In this document: one piece after another, positions 7,929 through 16,832 of the stretch | Layout: the number at the start of each line of letters is the position of its first letter | Numbering within the stretch: the stretch's first letter is position 1 | Source: an uncultured Rhodopirellula sp. | GTDB taxonomy: Bacteria; Planctomycetota; Planctomycetia; Pirellulales; Pirellulaceae | DNA: 64,000 nt | NCBI GenBank assembly: GCA_964007735.1 | Contig: CAXGAI010000016.1 | Coordinates: forward strand, 1 to 64,000 | Direction: 5' to 3' | Made by a program: the position numbers and the translations under genes | The notes under the pieces: generated by a model | What the model was told of the DNA's origin: nothing | What the model saw: only the letters and a program-made list of their open reading frames with translations | Database searches by the model: none

Positions 7929-10140
7929 CGAGTTCCTATTCGCACAGGATGGTATTCCTGGTGGTGGTATGACCATTACCCTGATTGCTATTGGTGCAGG
8001 GCTGTTTTTATTGCTGATTCTGGCAGTAGCCCTTAACAAATTTTATGTCAAAGTTGGTCCGGATGAAGCTGTGATTCGTACGGGGGTTGGGGGAGTCAAC
8101 GCGGTCTCTGGCTCAGGGATGTTTGTGATTCCTCTCGCTCATCAGGCAGAACGCATGGATTTGTCCGTAAAGCGAATTGAAATTAAACGTCAGGGCTCGG
8201 AAGGTCTTGTCTGTAAAGACAATATTCGAGCTGACATTGAAGTGGCATTTTATTTGCGAATTTCAGCCGATAACATGACATCCGTAGCTGCTAAGCTGGG
8301 TGCTAAACGAGCCTCAAGCCGTGACGCACTGATTGAGCTTTTCGACGCTCAGTTTTCCGAAGCATTAAAAACGATCGGTAAGAAGTTTGATTTTGTTGAC
8401 CTTTATACTGAACGAGATCAATTCAAAGTGGCCATTACTGAACTTCTGGGTGACCCGGAAGACCTGCAGGGATATGAACTTGTCAGTACTGCCATTGATT
8501 ACCTTGAACAAACTCCTTTGGAAGCATTAAATCCTAAGAATATTCTTGATGCTGAAGGGATTAAAAAGATTACAGATCTCACTTCGCGTGAAGCGATTCA
8601 GGCGAATGATATTGAGCGTGAAAAGGAAAAGGCGATTACAAAGCAGGACGTGGAAGCTCGTGAAGCCATTCTGGCTTTGGAACGCCAACAAGTGGAAGCC
8701 GAAGAACGTCAACGTCGTGAAATTGAAGAAGTCACGGCTCGTGAGCAAGCTCAGGCGGCAGTTGTAAGAGAAGAAGAACGCTTACGAGCAGAAGCGCGTC
8801 GAATTCAGACGGAAGAGGAACTTCAGGTCGCTGAAGAAAACAAGGATCGTCAAGTCATTGTTGCTCGTAAGAACAAAGAACGAACGGATGCCGTTGAAAC
8901 GGAACGTGTGGAACGTGACCGTGGTTTAGAAGCCACCGATCGTGAACGCGTTATCGCCATCGCTGACATTGAAAAAGACAAAGCAATCGAAGTTGAAAAA
9001 CGAAACATTCAGGAAGTTATTCGTGAACGTGTGATTGTCGAACGTGGTGTGGTGGAAGAACAGGAACGTATCAAGGATACCGAACAATTTGCCACAGCCG
9101 ATCGATTGAAACGAGTTACCGTTACACAAGCCGAAATGACCGCGGAAGAATCCCTGGTTAAGGAAGTTAAAGCTGCCGACGCAGAAAAGCAAGCTGCTGA
9201 ACGTCATGCCGAACAGATTGTGATCGAAGCGGAAGCTCATCGTCAGCGAGCAGAGAAAGAAACACAGGCTACCAAAATGTTGGCTGAAGCAAAAACAGCT
9301 GATGAAGCGGCCAGTGGATTGGCAGAAGCAAACGTGATTACCGCCAAAGCAGATGCCAAAGAAAAGGACGGTTATGCGGAAGCTGCTGTTATCCAGCGTA
9401 AAGCGGAAGCAGAAGCTAAAGGACAGGAAGCAAAAGCTGTGGCGACCGAGAAACAAGGTACAGCCGAAGCAGTGATTGTTCAACGCCATGCAGAAGCAGA
9501 AGCGACTGGTATGGTAGCCAAGGCAGAAGGTATCTCGAAAGAAGGTACAGCCGAAGCTGAAGTGATGCAGTTGAAGTATAGTTCAGAAGCTCAGGGTATC
9601 GAAGAGAAGGCCAACGCAATGAAACTCTTCGATTCAGTTGGGAAAGAACACGAAGAATACAAATTGCAGCTTAACAAAGATAAAGAAATTGAAATCGCTG
9701 CGATTGACGCTCAACGTCAGATTGCAGAAGCCCAATCGAACATTATGGGTGAAGCGCTGAAGAGTGCACGCATTGATATTGTCGGTGGTGAGTCAACCTT
9801 CTTCGACCAGGTGGTCAACGCAGTGAAAGGCGGTAAGGTTGTCGATCGCTTCGTGAGCAATAGTGAAGTCGTTAGCGATGTTAAAGATACGTTCTTTAAC
9901 GGCGATCCCGAGTATTTCAAATCCCGAATCCTTGGTATGGTCGATCAATTCGACCTCAGCACTGATGATGTGAAAGACCTTTCCATCGCAGCTCTAATCG
10001 CCAAGATGATCGGTCTCGCTCGAACGGACTCGATTCGAAATGAGTTGCAGGGACTGTTAGGTATGGCCAAAAGCACCGGTATCTCAGGTGACAAAGCCAG
10101 TAACTTTATGACAGTCAATGCTTCTCAGGGTGATGCGTAA
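7921..10140 (+). CDS. Flotillin/SPFH (band 7) family protein, YqiK-like, with long coiled coil
   Basis: N-terminal TM helix. SPFH 'YVKVGPDEAVIRTG...MDLSVKRIEI.R.G.EGL.CKDNIRADI.V.FY'. 'LNPKNILDAEG'. Long E/A/R-rich coiled coil with AEA repeats. Confidence 0.92.
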   Translation: MFSEFLFAQDGIPGGGMTITLIAIGAGLFLLLILAVALNKFYVKVGPDEAVIRTGVGGVNAVSGSGMFVIPLAHQAERMDLSVKRIEIKRQGSEGLVCKDNIRADIEVAFYLRISADNMTSVAAKLGAKRASSRDALIELFDAQFSEALKTIGKKFDFVDLYTERDQFKVAITELLGDPEDLQGYELVSTAIDYLEQTPLEALNPKNILDAEGIKKITDLTSREAIQANDIEREKEKAITKQDVEAREAILALERQQVEAEERQRREIEEVTAREQAQAAVVREEERLRAEARRIQTEEELQVAEENKDRQVIVARKNKERTDAVETERVERDRGLEATDRERVIAIADIEKDKAIEVEKRNIQEVIRERVIVERGVVEEQERIKDTEQFATADRLKRVTVTQAEMTAEESLVKEVKAADAEKQAAERHAEQIVIEAEAHRQRAEKETQATKMLAEAKTADEAASGLAEANVITAKADAKEKDGYAEAAVIQRKAEAEAKGQEAKAVATEKQGTAEAVIVQRHAEAEATGMVAKAEGISKEGTAEAEVMQLKYSSEAQGIEEKANAMKLFDSVGKEHEEYKLQLNKDKEIEIAAIDAQRQIAEAQSNIMGEALKSARIDIVGGESTFFDQVVNAVKGGKVVDRFVSNSEVVSDVKDTFFNGDPEYFKSRILGMVDQFDLSTDDVKDLSIAALIAKMIGLARTDSIRNELQGLLGMAKSTGISGDKASNFMTVNASQGDA
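9320..9600 (+). repeat. About three imperfect 29-aa (87-nt) tandem repeats inside the flotillin coiled coil
   Basis: AEAEAKGQEAKAVATEKQGTAEAVIVQRH versus AEAEATGMVAKAEGISKEGTAEAEVMQLK. DNA aaggtacagccgaagc occurs at 9455 and 9542, 87 nt apart. Confidence 0.75.
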
Positions 10141-10149
10141 GGCATCTGT

Positions 10150-10289
10150 TAGTACACCTTCGGAATGTGGTAGACCAGCCTCCGGCTCTCGGATTGCTGG
10201 AGGTTGGTCTGCGACTCCTTTTAGCACCTGTCCGCCAGGTCAAAAGGCCTGAGGAGAGCTCTGAGGACAAGGACGCTCCCGGTGTACTA
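10150..10289 (+). ncRNA. Candidate structured intergenic RNA element (multi-stem) between flotillin and ATPase
   Basis: Closing helix tagtacacc (10150-10158) with ggtgtacta (10281-10289). 17-bp hairpin gtagaccagcctccggc (10170-10186) with gctggaggttggtctgc (10196-10212), all 3 deviations being G-U pairs. Further stems acctg/caggt and cctttt/aaaagg. Confidence 0.5.
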
Positions 10290-10348
10290 CCCGAACTTAC
10301 CTTCGTATAACTATTCCTCAACGGGATATTCATTAGAGAGTTCGTATT

Positions 10349-13300
10349 ATGGCTCAAGCAGAACAGCAGCCAGACAACACGCAGACTCCAGAGGATAATT
10401 CACCTCAGCTGGAAAGCGGTACGTATGAAATTATACGTAACCGACTTAAAGGCTTTGCCGGTGAATTACGCGATCGGCTTAACAGCCTTAATGGAGCACG
10501 CAAGGATGTCTTTGGAGCAATTGAAACCACGCTTTTAGGAACGGAGCGTGTGACGACCGAACACAATTGTGTCCCTCGTGACATGATTGCCATCGGCGAG
10601 CAACTTATTTTTGGCTACAACATCCACTTTGGCCTACGTCAAACCACGCACCCCGCCGATGTCTTCGCGGTTTACACCTTTCGCGATGGATCATTTCACA
10701 CGGAAGAATCGGACCTTCTGACCGATTCAAATTTTGAGCGTGACTTTCAGGAAATTTACAAGTATTACAAAGATGCAGAATTTACGAAGTTCTTCGTAAT
10801 TGGCCCTTTTGTATATATGACCTTTCGCGTTGGCAAAGGTGTCAACGACTATAAAAGTCTAAAATGGAAGATTGAGGATAAGAAGCTCACTTACGTTGAT
10901 AATCGTAGTGATCATGAAGTTGAATTTCCATCCCAGCACGATTTCCCCTGGCGTCGGGCAACCCGTGATCAATTTGAAGAAGGACGTCATCCGCATGTAA
11001 GCATTGACGATCGGTTGTTCGTTGAGACGACAGGTGGTGATCTAACCATCAAGATCGAGAACAACACGGAATCTGGCGAAGGAATCTATTCTGAGCCAGT
11101 TGAGAATCTCGATCAAACTCTGGATGATGCCGAGATTCTGTATGCCGTTAACGGTAGTTTGATTCTGGTAAGAATTCGCCCTTATCAGGAAGAAGCGAAC
11201 CGGTATTTTATTTATAACGACAAAGTCAAACGTGTGTGGCGTTGTGATTCGATTGAAGAATCCTGTGTGCTGCTTCCTGACGATCATGGTGTGATTTTCG
11301 CCAATGGCTATGCACTTGCCACAGGTGAATTTAAAGTGTTTGACACTGAACTTCAACATATGAAGTTTGACCGTCGACTGGACGCACCTAATGGTGAAGA
11401 CTACTTGTATGTCTTCTACTGTGAAGATACCGGAACCTACGTATTACTACGGTACAACCTGATTCAACAGGAAGTGGACACGCCGGTAATCTGTAATGGG
11501 ACATCCTTTTTCCAGGCAGGAGAAATGATCTGCTTTCGCTCTCAGGCGGAACCTCAAAAGCATCATGCGCTCCAAATCTGGCAAACTCCCTATGTTTCAG
11601 AGGACTACGTACCCGATACAAATACAGATTCTTTCTTATATAAAATTGGTAATAAAGATCTCGTGCGTGGAATGGCCGAGTGTTACGAAGTTATTTCGTT
11701 GATCGAAAAGGATGATAGCTATTCAGGGCTATATGCCGATCTGGCCAAAGCAGCGGGCGATGTGGTGGATGCCCATTTTTGGTCCACGAATGAGGAATGC
11801 TTCAAAGTTTCTGAACCACTGGTCGAAATTCGTCAGGCTGCAGAATCAGCGATCGATGAATTCGAGAAAGTTGTTCGTGTTAAGCAGAACACTTTAGACC
11901 AAACCCGACAGGTTGAAGCCCGGGTCACCGAGATTCTTCGTGTCGTACAAAACAGTCGATTTGAAAATATCGACGAATTTGTACAGGCCCTGGCGGAATT
12001 GCGGGCCGTACGGGGTGAAATTATTTCACTGCGTGAATTGCGTTACAATAATCCGGAACTCATCAACGATTTGGAATTGCAGGTTTCCGAAAGCAATGAT
12101 CGTCTCAGCCAGCGATGTGTTGAGTTTCTACTGCGAGACGACGCCTTGGCCCCTTATGCCGAGCGAGTGGATGGACAAGCAGCTACGATTCCGGAATTGA
12201 CGAAAGTAACCGATGCCAAAGTATTGGAAGATGAAATTTCAGCCAGTGCTTCGGAACTGGAAATGTTGATTGATATTGTCAGTAATCTGGAAATTGAGGA
12301 CGCTACTCAGCGAACTCGAATTATAGAAAATATTTCAGCTATCTTTGGGAAAGTGAATACGGCCCGCGCCTCACTCAAAGGCAAAGTCAAAGATCTGATG
12401 AGTGTCGAAGGCATTGCGGAATTCAATTCCCAGATGAAACTACTTAATCAGGCGGTGGTTAATTATCTGGATATCTGTGACACTCCTCAGAAGTGTGAGG
12501 AATTCCTCACCAAAATGATGATCCAACTCGAGGAACTGGAAGGACGGTTTGCAGAGTTTGATGAATTTGTTGTCCAACTGACGGATAAACGTGAAGAGGT
12601 ATACAATGCCTTTGAAACGCGCAAAGTCGGCCTGGTTGAGGAAAGAAATAAACGAGCATCGTCTCTCATGAATGCGGCTGATCGTATTCTTAAAGGCGTG
12701 AAGTCACGTGTTGATAGTTTGGAGTCCGTCAACGAAATCAATGCGTACTTTGCCTCTGACCTGATGATTGAAAAGATCCGCGATCTGGTGGATCAACTTA
12801 AACAACTTGATGACAGCGTAAAAGTGGATGATGTTCAGAGTCGACTGAAGACCGTTCGCGAAGACGCTGTAAGACAACTCAAGGACCGTCAGGAGTTATT
12901 TGTTGATGGCGAAAATATTATTAAGTTTGGTAAACACAACTTCTCCGTGAATATCCAGTCATTGGATCTGACTTCTGTTCTACGTGACGGAGAGATGTTC
13001 TATCACCTCACCGGTACGGATTTCTTTGAACGTATTGCTGACGAAGATTTACTGGCAACCCGGGATGTATGGCAGCAGGAAGTTATTTCTGAAAATACAG
13101 ATGTGTATCGTGGTGAATACCTTGCCTATCAGATGTTCGCTGAGTTGCACAATAATACAGAGATGTCGCTCGAGGCATTTTCAGGGTTGGATGATGAGCA
13201 ACGTGTAGCAGAACTCCAAAAATTTATGGGACCCCGATATACCGAAGCTTACGCAAAAGGAGTGCACGATCTCGACGCGGCAAAGCTTGTGAAGACTTTG

Positions 13301-15652
13301 GCGGAGATGGAATTATCTATCGGCTTGCTTAGGTATCACACGAAGGCTCGTGCGTTAGCGCGTTTGTACTGGGAATACTTTGGCGATAATGTTCAAAAGT
13401 CATTGCTTCAGTCACGCTTGAGTGGGGTAGGGACGATTGCGCAGTTGTTCCCCAGTAGTGCCGAACAGCAGCAGTATGTTGCCGTGATTGAGCCCATGTT
13501 GGCTGAGTTTGTGACATCGACCGGGATGTTTTCGGAAGACTACGTAAACCAAGCTGCCAACTATCTTTTTGAGGAATTGACAGTTAGTCATCAGTTCGTC
13601 ATTAGTCGCAAAGCAGCCGAATTGTACGAAGCCTTTGAACGGCACCTGAAACAGAATAGCTTTGTCGATAAATTTAAATCCAGCGTTACAAAACTCGTCA
13701 AGAGTCCTCTGGAGCGATTCATTCTCCTACGCGACTGGTTAGAAGCGTTTCTAACGGAAACTACTCAGGATTCCGTAGCAGATGATTACGTGGATGAACT
13801 GGCTGTGATGTTGATGAAAGGTTCCTTCAATAAGAAAAATGTCATTGATGGAACGGTTGAACGCGTGATCAAGGGCATGATTGGTAACCATGGGGTTGTT
13901 GAAGAGAATTCATATCAGTTTAATTACAACGAATTCATCACCAAAATGGAACGATTTGAGCGAGTGGTTGTTCCAAAGTATCGTGACTATATCGAGATTA
14001 AAAAAGAAGTAATTGAACGGGCAAAAGAAGATCTGCGCTTGGATGAATATCGTCCTCGAGTGCTCACGTCCTTTGTGCGGAACCGTCTGATTGACGAAGT
14101 TTACCTCCCACTTGTTGGTGATAATCTAGCGAAACAGATTGGTGTCGTGGGCGACCAAAAGCGTACAGACCTGATGGGCTTATTGCTTCTGATTTCTCCT
14201 CCAGGTTATGGTAAGACGACGTTGATGGAATATGTTGCGAATCGTTTGGGCATAATCTTCATGAAGATTAACGGTCCTGCGATTGGACATGCCGTGACTT
14301 CACTAGATCCCGAGGAGGCTCCCAATGCTGGAGCTCGTGAAGAAGTAGAGAAGTTAAATCTGTCCCTGGAAATGGGTGACAATGTGATGATTTATCTGGA
14401 TGACATCCAGCATTGTAATCCGGAGTTTTTGCAGAAATTCATCTCGCTTTGTGACGCTCAAAGAAAAATCGAAGGGGTTTATAAAGGTCAGACTAAAACT
14501 TACGACTTACGAGGTCGCAAGGTTTGCGTAATCATGGCTGGAAACCCGTACACCGAAAGTGGTGAAAAGTTCCAGATTCCAGACATGTTGGCCAACCGTG
14601 CAGACATCTATAACCTCGGTGAGATTATTGGGGATACTCGGGAAGCGTTCGAAATGAGTTACCTCGAAAACTGCCTTACTTCGAATCCCGTACTTAATAA
14701 GCTTGCAAGTCGCAGTCAGAAAGATGTTTACAACATCATTCGGATCGCTGAGACTGATTCACAGGAAGGCGTCGAATTCGAGGCTAACTACTCAATGGAA
14801 GAAGTTAGCGAAATGGTTAGCACGATGAAGAAGCTGATGCGGGTCCGTGACGTGGTGCTGCAAGTGAATCGTGAATACATTAATTCCGCAGCGCAGGCAG
14901 ATGACTACCGCACTGAGCCTCCATTTAAACTGCAGGGTTCTTATCGAAATATGAACCGCATTGCTGAGAAGGTTCTTCCGATTATGAACGACGAAGAACT
15001 GGAGACGCTGATTAAAAGCAGCTATGAGAATGATGCGCAGACGCTTACAAGCGATGCCGAGGCCAATCTACTAAAACTCTATGAGATGTGTGGTTGGATT
15101 GATGAGGAGCGTGCTGCTCGTTGGGATGATATCAAGAAAGCCTTTGTTAAAAACATGAAGCTCCGCGGCGTTGGGTCAGATGACCAATTTGGTCAGGTGG
15201 TACTGCAGATGCAGGGTTTCACGGATGGTCTGGAAGAAATACGTGAAACAATCAGTGATGGCGTCAAGAATCTGGCGACGGTCAAGACAGAGCCTGTTAT
15301 GGTCCAACCACAAGCTGCGGAAGGAGTCGACGCTGGCGGGGAAACAGCGGATGCATTGATGAGTCTGGCAGAGGAATTACGAGCTTATACGACTGGCGCG
15401 ATTACCGTGGATGAGTCTAAAGGTGTACAACGCGTGGCTGTTATGCATAAAGTGCCCAAATCGATCCTTAGCGTGCTGGAGAATCAATTTCAGGTGATGA
15501 ATGAATGGATGAGGCCCATGATGGAATCACAGCATGCCAGTGCTCAGACGGTTGAAAAGCTGAGTCAGTCTGTCGATCAATGTCTCAAGTCATATGACAG
15601 CCTCATCAACGGCCTGAGAGGCGACGGCGACGAAATTAATGCAGAGGACTAA
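10349..15652 (+). CDS. Very large AAA+ ATPase (commonly labelled 'DNA repair ATPase', DUF3686-like): beta-rich N-terminus, long helical middle, C-terminal AAA+ domain
   Basis: 1767-aa ORF. Walker A LLLISPPGYGKTT (~14195-14218), Walker B MIYLDDIQH, sensor-1-like MAGNPY, Arg-finger-like MLANRA. N-terminal 'GTYEIIR.RL' and 'GRHPHVSI.D.LFVETTGGDLTIKIENNT'. Confidence 0.85.
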   Translation: MAQAEQQPDNTQTPEDNSPQLESGTYEIIRNRLKGFAGELRDRLNSLNGARKDVFGAIETTLLGTERVTTEHNCVPRDMIAIGEQLIFGYNIHFGLRQTTHPADVFAVYTFRDGSFHTEESDLLTDSNFERDFQEIYKYYKDAEFTKFFVIGPFVYMTFRVGKGVNDYKSLKWKIEDKKLTYVDNRSDHEVEFPSQHDFPWRRATRDQFEEGRHPHVSIDDRLFVETTGGDLTIKIENNTESGEGIYSEPVENLDQTLDDAEILYAVNGSLILVRIRPYQEEANRYFIYNDKVKRVWRCDSIEESCVLLPDDHGVIFANGYALATGEFKVFDTELQHMKFDRRLDAPNGEDYLYVFYCEDTGTYVLLRYNLIQQEVDTPVICNGTSFFQAGEMICFRSQAEPQKHHALQIWQTPYVSEDYVPDTNTDSFLYKIGNKDLVRGMAECYEVISLIEKDDSYSGLYADLAKAAGDVVDAHFWSTNEECFKVSEPLVEIRQAAESAIDEFEKVVRVKQNTLDQTRQVEARVTEILRVVQNSRFENIDEFVQALAELRAVRGEIISLRELRYNNPELINDLELQVSESNDRLSQRCVEFLLRDDALAPYAERVDGQAATIPELTKVTDAKVLEDEISASASELEMLIDIVSNLEIEDATQRTRIIENISAIFGKVNTARASLKGKVKDLMSVEGIAEFNSQMKLLNQAVVNYLDICDTPQKCEEFLTKMMIQLEELEGRFAEFDEFVVQLTDKREEVYNAFETRKVGLVEERNKRASSLMNAADRILKGVKSRVDSLESVNEINAYFASDLMIEKIRDLVDQLKQLDDSVKVDDVQSRLKTVREDAVRQLKDRQELFVDGENIIKFGKHNFSVNIQSLDLTSVLRDGEMFYHLTGTDFFERIADEDLLATRDVWQQEVISENTDVYRGEYLAYQMFAELHNNTEMSLEAFSGLDDEQRVAELQKFMGPRYTEAYAKGVHDLDAAKLVKTLAEMELSIGLLRYHTKARALARLYWEYFGDNVQKSLLQSRLSGVGTIAQLFPSSAEQQQYVAVIEPMLAEFVTSTGMFSEDYVNQAANYLFEELTVSHQFVISRKAAELYEAFERHLKQNSFVDKFKSSVTKLVKSPLERFILLRDWLEAFLTETTQDSVADDYVDELAVMLMKGSFNKKNVIDGTVERVIKGMIGNHGVVEENSYQFNYNEFITKMERFERVVVPKYRDYIEIKKEVIERAKEDLRLDEYRPRVLTSFVRNRLIDEVYLPLVGDNLAKQIGVVGDQKRTDLMGLLLLISPPGYGKTTLMEYVANRLGIIFMKINGPAIGHAVTSLDPEEAPNAGAREEVEKLNLSLEMGDNVMIYLDDIQHCNPEFLQKFISLCDAQRKIEGVYKGQTKTYDLRGRKVCVIMAGNPYTESGEKFQIPDMLANRADIYNLGEIIGDTREAFEMSYLENCLTSNPVLNKLASRSQKDVYNIIRIAETDSQEGVEFEANYSMEEVSEMVSTMKKLMRVRDVVLQVNREYINSAAQADDYRTEPPFKLQGSYRNMNRIAEKVLPIMNDEELETLIKSSYENDAQTLTSDAEANLLKLYEMCGWIDEERAARWDDIKKAFVKNMKLRGVGSDDQFGQVVLQMQGFTDGLEEIRETISDGVKNLATVKTEPVMVQPQAAEGVDAGGETADALMSLAEELRAYTTGAITVDESKGVQRVAVMHKVPKSILSVLENQFQVMNEWMRPMMESQHASAQTVEKLSQSVDQCLKSYDSLINGLRGDGDEINAED

Positions 15653-15673
15653 CCCTTTTAGACAGGGGATTCC

Positions 15674-16792
15674 TCATATCGTTAACCAACGATCGCGGCT
15701 CGAAACTTCCCAGTTTTCGGAGACTTGCTCGTCTTCAATCACATAAGCTGATTTGTGAAGTGCGCTGGTTGGGCAAATGTGCCCCGGTACGGCTAGAAGT
15801 TCATCGCCTGGTACGAAATCACCCGCATTTTTGAGACGTAAGACCAGATGCTCTTCATTTTGTAGAATAGCTTCCGCATTGGGCAGATCTGGAAAGATGA
15901 CTCGCTTCGTTACATCGGGATCAGATGCACAGGCTTTATAGCCCAGATCGACAGTGATCGTCTCTTCGGTGGGACGACTTATCACCCGGGTGAGAATTCG
16001 AGCTGCCGGTGTGTATTGAAGGTCCGGAAACATCTTGCCGTAATTGTTATCAAAGAATGTATTAGTACCCGGACTTAATTCCAAAGCCGGATCGGAGATG
16101 GAAGCGTAAACCGGGAAACTTCCGGTTCCTCCGGCAACGATACGAGGTACTCTGAGGCCCTCCCGCTCGAGTTGATCCCGGAAGTCGGATGCTAATTGCC
16201 AACATGACATCACGGCCTGCCGACGTGCTTCTAAGTCCGTCTGGTGATTTTGCCCGTCGTACAAATGAATGCCTCCAGGTTGGATGCCGGGAAGATCGTG
16301 GAACAACTGGTAAATCTGTACAGCGGTTTCTCCAGGTGTAATTCCCGTTCGATGTTGCCCGGAATCTAAATCCAGCAACAGTTCAATCGTTTTATTTGCT
16401 GCTGACATCGCCTCCGAAAGCTGACGAACCGGAGTTGCATGGTCAGCCGTTGCAATAAACTGCACGTCATTAAATCGCGTCACGAAATCGACGGCTCGTT
16501 GGATATTCGGGCCGACAAGATTGTATCCCAGTAGGACATCTTTGACACCGGCTTCTGCCAGCATTTCTGCTTCGGCAAAGGTTGCACATTTGTGTTTTGT
16601 AATTCCCATTCCCAGTTGGATCTTAGTTACGGCCTTCATTTTGTGCGTCTTGCAGTGAGGACGCAAGCGAGTCACGTCTCCGGCTTCCCGAAGCATTTCA
16701 GCCAAGTTAGCATTCATTACTTCACGAAAAACAACTAAGCCGGGTGAGACGATTGAAGAGGTATCCTGGATTTTGAAATTGCATTCAGTCAT
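15674..16792 (-). CDS. D-threonine aldolase/DSD1-family PLP-dependent enzyme (alanine racemase-like fold III)
   Basis: LRPHCKTHK (PLP lysine), KCATFAEAE, GQHRTG, YDG, GGTGS, NEEH, PGHICPT. Confidence 0.9.
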   Translation of the reverse strand: MTECNFKIQDTSSIVSPGLVVFREVMNANLAEMLREAGDVTRLRPHCKTHKMKAVTKIQLGMGITKHKCATFAEAEMLAEAGVKDVLLGYNLVGPNIQRAVDFVTRFNDVQFIATADHATPVRQLSEAMSAANKTIELLLDLDSGQHRTGITPGETAVQIYQLFHDLPGIQPGGIHLYDGQNHQTDLEARRQAVMSCWQLASDFRDQLEREGLRVPRIVAGGTGSFPVYASISDPALELSPGTNTFFDNNYGKMFPDLQYTPAARILTRVISRPTEETITVDLGYKACASDPDVTKRVIFPDLPNAEAILQNEEHLVLRLKNAGDFVPGDELLAVPGHICPTSALHKSAYVIEDEQVSENWEVSSRDRWLTI

Positions 16793-16832
16793 TTTGTTAC
16801 TCGGTGATTACGGTGTTAAATCGTAATGCATT

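Noticed and set aside
10115..10357. 80-aa minus-strand ORF spanning the flotillin-ATPase gap
   Set aside because: It overlaps both flanking genes on the opposite strand and has no motif. The region is better explained by RNA structure.
15653..15673. Possible bidirectional terminator between the ATPase and the aldolase-like gene
   Set aside because: Only a weak short stem without a proper U-tract.
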